A stretch of 64,000 nt of DNA from Massalongia carnosa (Eukaryota). The translations under genes and the position numbers were made by a program. The notes under the pieces were generated by a model that searched no databases, was not told the DNA's origin, and was given only the letters and a program-made list of their open reading frames with translations. This document shows positions 61,376 through 64,000 of this stretch, piece after piece. Every line of letters starts with the position of its first letter. Position 1 is the stretch's first letter. The stretch lies in contig OZ287068.1 of assembly GCA_965645245.1 (NCBI GenBank), positions 1,116,001 to 1,180,000 of the forward strand. Direction: 5' to 3'.

Positions 61376-62028
61376 GGCGATAGAGGGCGATGGTTGTTTC
61401 TGGGGGGGAAGCACTGCTAAGGAGGATTAGGCAGCCTCTTCATTGATCTCCTCATGTATCCTTCTCCTCACCAAGCATCTTCTCGGTCTATGTCTGTCTC
61501 CCCTTGGTCATGAGGTTTCGGAGCCTTTTTTGGGGGCGGAGGCGGGTGGGGGGAGGGTCTTCTTCTGTTATCTAGACGTGGGGTGAGGGCGCTCGTCGGC
61601 CATTTTTGTAATCCTTTTCTTCTTTTTCACCGCCCAAGGGTGTGGGGTGTGTGTGCCGGAGTGTACGTATGTATGTAAGAATATCCCCCCCCAATAAACG
61701 CTTCTCTCCTATTTTGCGTATCTTATTTGTCTGTGTGGGTGACTATTTACTCTGTTGGGTTTGTCTATCTGTCTCTCTGTCTATTTCTTTTCAAACTCAA
61801 ATTTCCCTTTCCCTTTCCCTTCTTCCACTTTTCTCATCTCCCCTCATCTCATCGCCCTAGGTATTTATTATATATACCCCCCTTGTTCGTTTTTTTTTTT
61901 ACCTTTTCTTTTTCTTCCGCCTTGACGATTTATTCTCTCTTACATTGGCGATAGGTTATTATTTTGTGGGGCATGAGAGGGAAAAAGGAAAGGGGGGGGG
62001 GAGGGGGATTTATGAATAAATACAGGAG

Positions 62029-62031
<3 letters not shown>

Positions 62032-62066
<35 letters not shown>
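62032..62066. repeat. (CGAAAA)~6 hexanucleotide microsatellite
   Basis: Direct reading. Confidence 0.85.
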
Positions 62067-62717
62067 GCGAAAGAAGAAAGAGGAAAGAAGAAAGGTGAGA
62101 AGATAAGCAGTCAGTCAGTCAGAAGTGTTCACTTTGTTATATTGTATCCCTCTGTACCCCCCACCCCCTAACTAAGAGAATAATCGAATTACTCCAACCC
62201 TACCTGCCCCCACCAACCCACATATAAAACATAACATATGTACATTAGTCCCCCATTAAATATCCGTAACCGCACACAACAGATCCCGAATCTCAGGTAG
62301 ATAGAGAACCAGGTTGTTGATCACATCAAGAAAAGACTGAATGATCGAGTAATTTTAAGGGGGGGGAGAAAGAAAAAAAAAAGTGAAGTGTAACCGTTGC
62401 GTTTTGTATGTTTCCTAAAATCTTGGTATACGGAGTACTCATTCGTCGAAAGAGAGGTTTTCTGTAGACATCTGTCTACGAAGTTTCTAACTGCAAGCTA
62501 AATAAAACAAATAAAAACGAACCTATGATTTCATCGTTGACAGACGTCGAAAGTGAAATTTATCCACGTTCGTCTGTGCGAGTCTCTCACCAGAAGAATG
62601 CAAGATAGTAGTAGCAGTGGCCTTTTCCACTGTGCCTTTCATTCCTCCATCCTGAAACGATCCCTTCCATACTCCTTATCACATTTCCTACAGCGATACC
62701 CAGAGCGCATCAAATCC

Positions 62718-63896
62718 CTACTGGGAACCCGTATGCTTCGCCTGCTTGGACAAAATAAGCTTCATCTGCAGCGCGCTAATCGCCGCGAACGCGACCGTCG
62801 TCACGGTCTGAATGGCCATGATCTTAGCATACAGCTTCAACAACCGGACGCGAGCGTTCCAATCGAACGTCTTCCATGCCTCCAGCATTGACACCGCCCC
62901 GGTGCCACCCAAGATCCGCGGCTGTACTTTGCCCCCGAAAGTGCGGTCAAACGGCACGATGGGCTCGTCCTCATCCGGCAGTGTCGACGCCTGCATGCGG
63001 GTAAGAGTCACAGCCGCGGGAACAAAGATAAGGAAGGTCGCGAGCAGCGCGGTTAGGCTGACAAGGAGTATCTTCAACACGGCGTCCTTCTGGACCTCGA
63101 GGGTCTCGGCACCGAGGCGTTGGGGGTTGCGCGCGTAGGTATGGAGCCCGAAGGCAAAGAAGAGACCCGTAGGCACGTAGATGATCACTTGTTCAACGGC
63201 TGCGTTTAGGGCTGCGGGGAGTAGAATGGGCTTGACGAGGTCGAAGTTGGGGCGGCGGCGGTACCAACGCTTGCTTGACGGATTGCTAATAACGATGTGG
63301 GTCCAGGTAAGGTCTAGACGGCAGAGAGCGACGCTGCTCAATACGGCCGCGAACGGTTGGGGCATGAGCATGCTACCGAGGACGGTGAGGCCGAAGAGTG
63401 CGACTTGGTACAAGAGGAAGACGTGAAGAGCGCGGAAGCGCGACCAGACGCCAGCTTGGGTTCGGAGATGCTTCATGGTGGTACGTATTTTGGCGGTGAT
63501 GGGTTTGGACTGGACGATGAGAAGCTCGGCTTCCACAGCCGATTCATTCTTGTTATCGGCCTTTTGGTCGGCATAGATGCTGTCATCGGGTTCGGGGCCG
63601 TCGATCTTGAACGCCGTGACGGTAGGTGTTTCGATCATCGTCAAAGCGGCCACGACTTGGCCGTAGGTGTACTGGATCTAAAGACCGACGTGTCAGCGCC
63701 ATCACCCAAAGGTCAGTTTGGAGCAAGGTGAGCATACAGCAAACATGACGACTATGTATGTGAGCAGCGTCAAGATGAGAGCCGTTGCTGCACATGCTGA
63801 AATCAGACGAGGCTTGCTCTCTCCTCCAGTTTTCTGGAGCATTTGATGCGTCTCATCCAAGCCTCGCCTGACGAGGTGATGGACGATGCCCGACAT
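62718..63896 (-). CDS. Conserved fungal multi-pass membrane protein of unknown function
   Basis: Exon 1 63896-63738 (MSGIVHHLVRRG), intron 63737-63678, exon 2 IQYTYGQVVAALTMIE, KPITAKIRTTMKHL, WTHIVIS, LPDEDEPIVPFDRTFGGKV; several hydrophobic segments. Confidence 0.8.
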
Positions 63897-64000
63897 GCTG
63901 AAGGATGACAGGCAAGAACGAGAAGTGAAATGTGTAGGTAGTCGACGAAGGTTAGAAGTGAAATGAACGAGGCGAGACTTTTTATCTTACAAGGGAATGG

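Noticed and set aside
1..64000. tRNA, rRNA or other ncRNA genes
   Set aside because: None recognised by eye; tRNAscan-SE/Infernal would be needed to exclude them.

Overview
Eukaryotic DNA from a filamentous ascomycete (Pezizomycotina-type genes with short GT-AG introns and CTAAC/CTGAC branch sites). Conserved genes are an MFS transporter (5' part only), RPB5, BFR1, a CYSTM protein, TRM4/NCL1, a class II aldolase/adducin, MSS116/CYT-19 and a conserved membrane protein. Three transposons have readable boundaries. (1) A Ty1/copia element (7055-14223, minus) has LTRs identical by eye, a 5-bp TSD, a half-tRNA(iMet) PBS and a gag-pol broken in three places. (2) An apparently intact, intron-containing Fot1/pogo element (11958-14146) is nested in the copia 5' LTR. 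(3) An apparently intact hAT element (41729-44041) has an 8-bp TSD. Between RPB5 and BFR1 lies a ~28-kb accessory-looking block. It holds a standalone SesB-like alpha/beta hydrolase lacking its nucleophile Ser, a decayed SesB-NB-ARC-TPR NLR and a divergent P450 relic (candidate three-gene immune/lipid-signalling module). It also holds an intronless secreted DUF6345-like protein with a clan-CD-like His/Cys dyad and Kex2 site, a PTH11-like receptor, a tandem pair of secreted Cys-containing paralogs (one dead), F-box-like and BTB genes, and an intronless 7-bladed PLL-like lectin. All calls were made by eye from motifs; no database searches were run.
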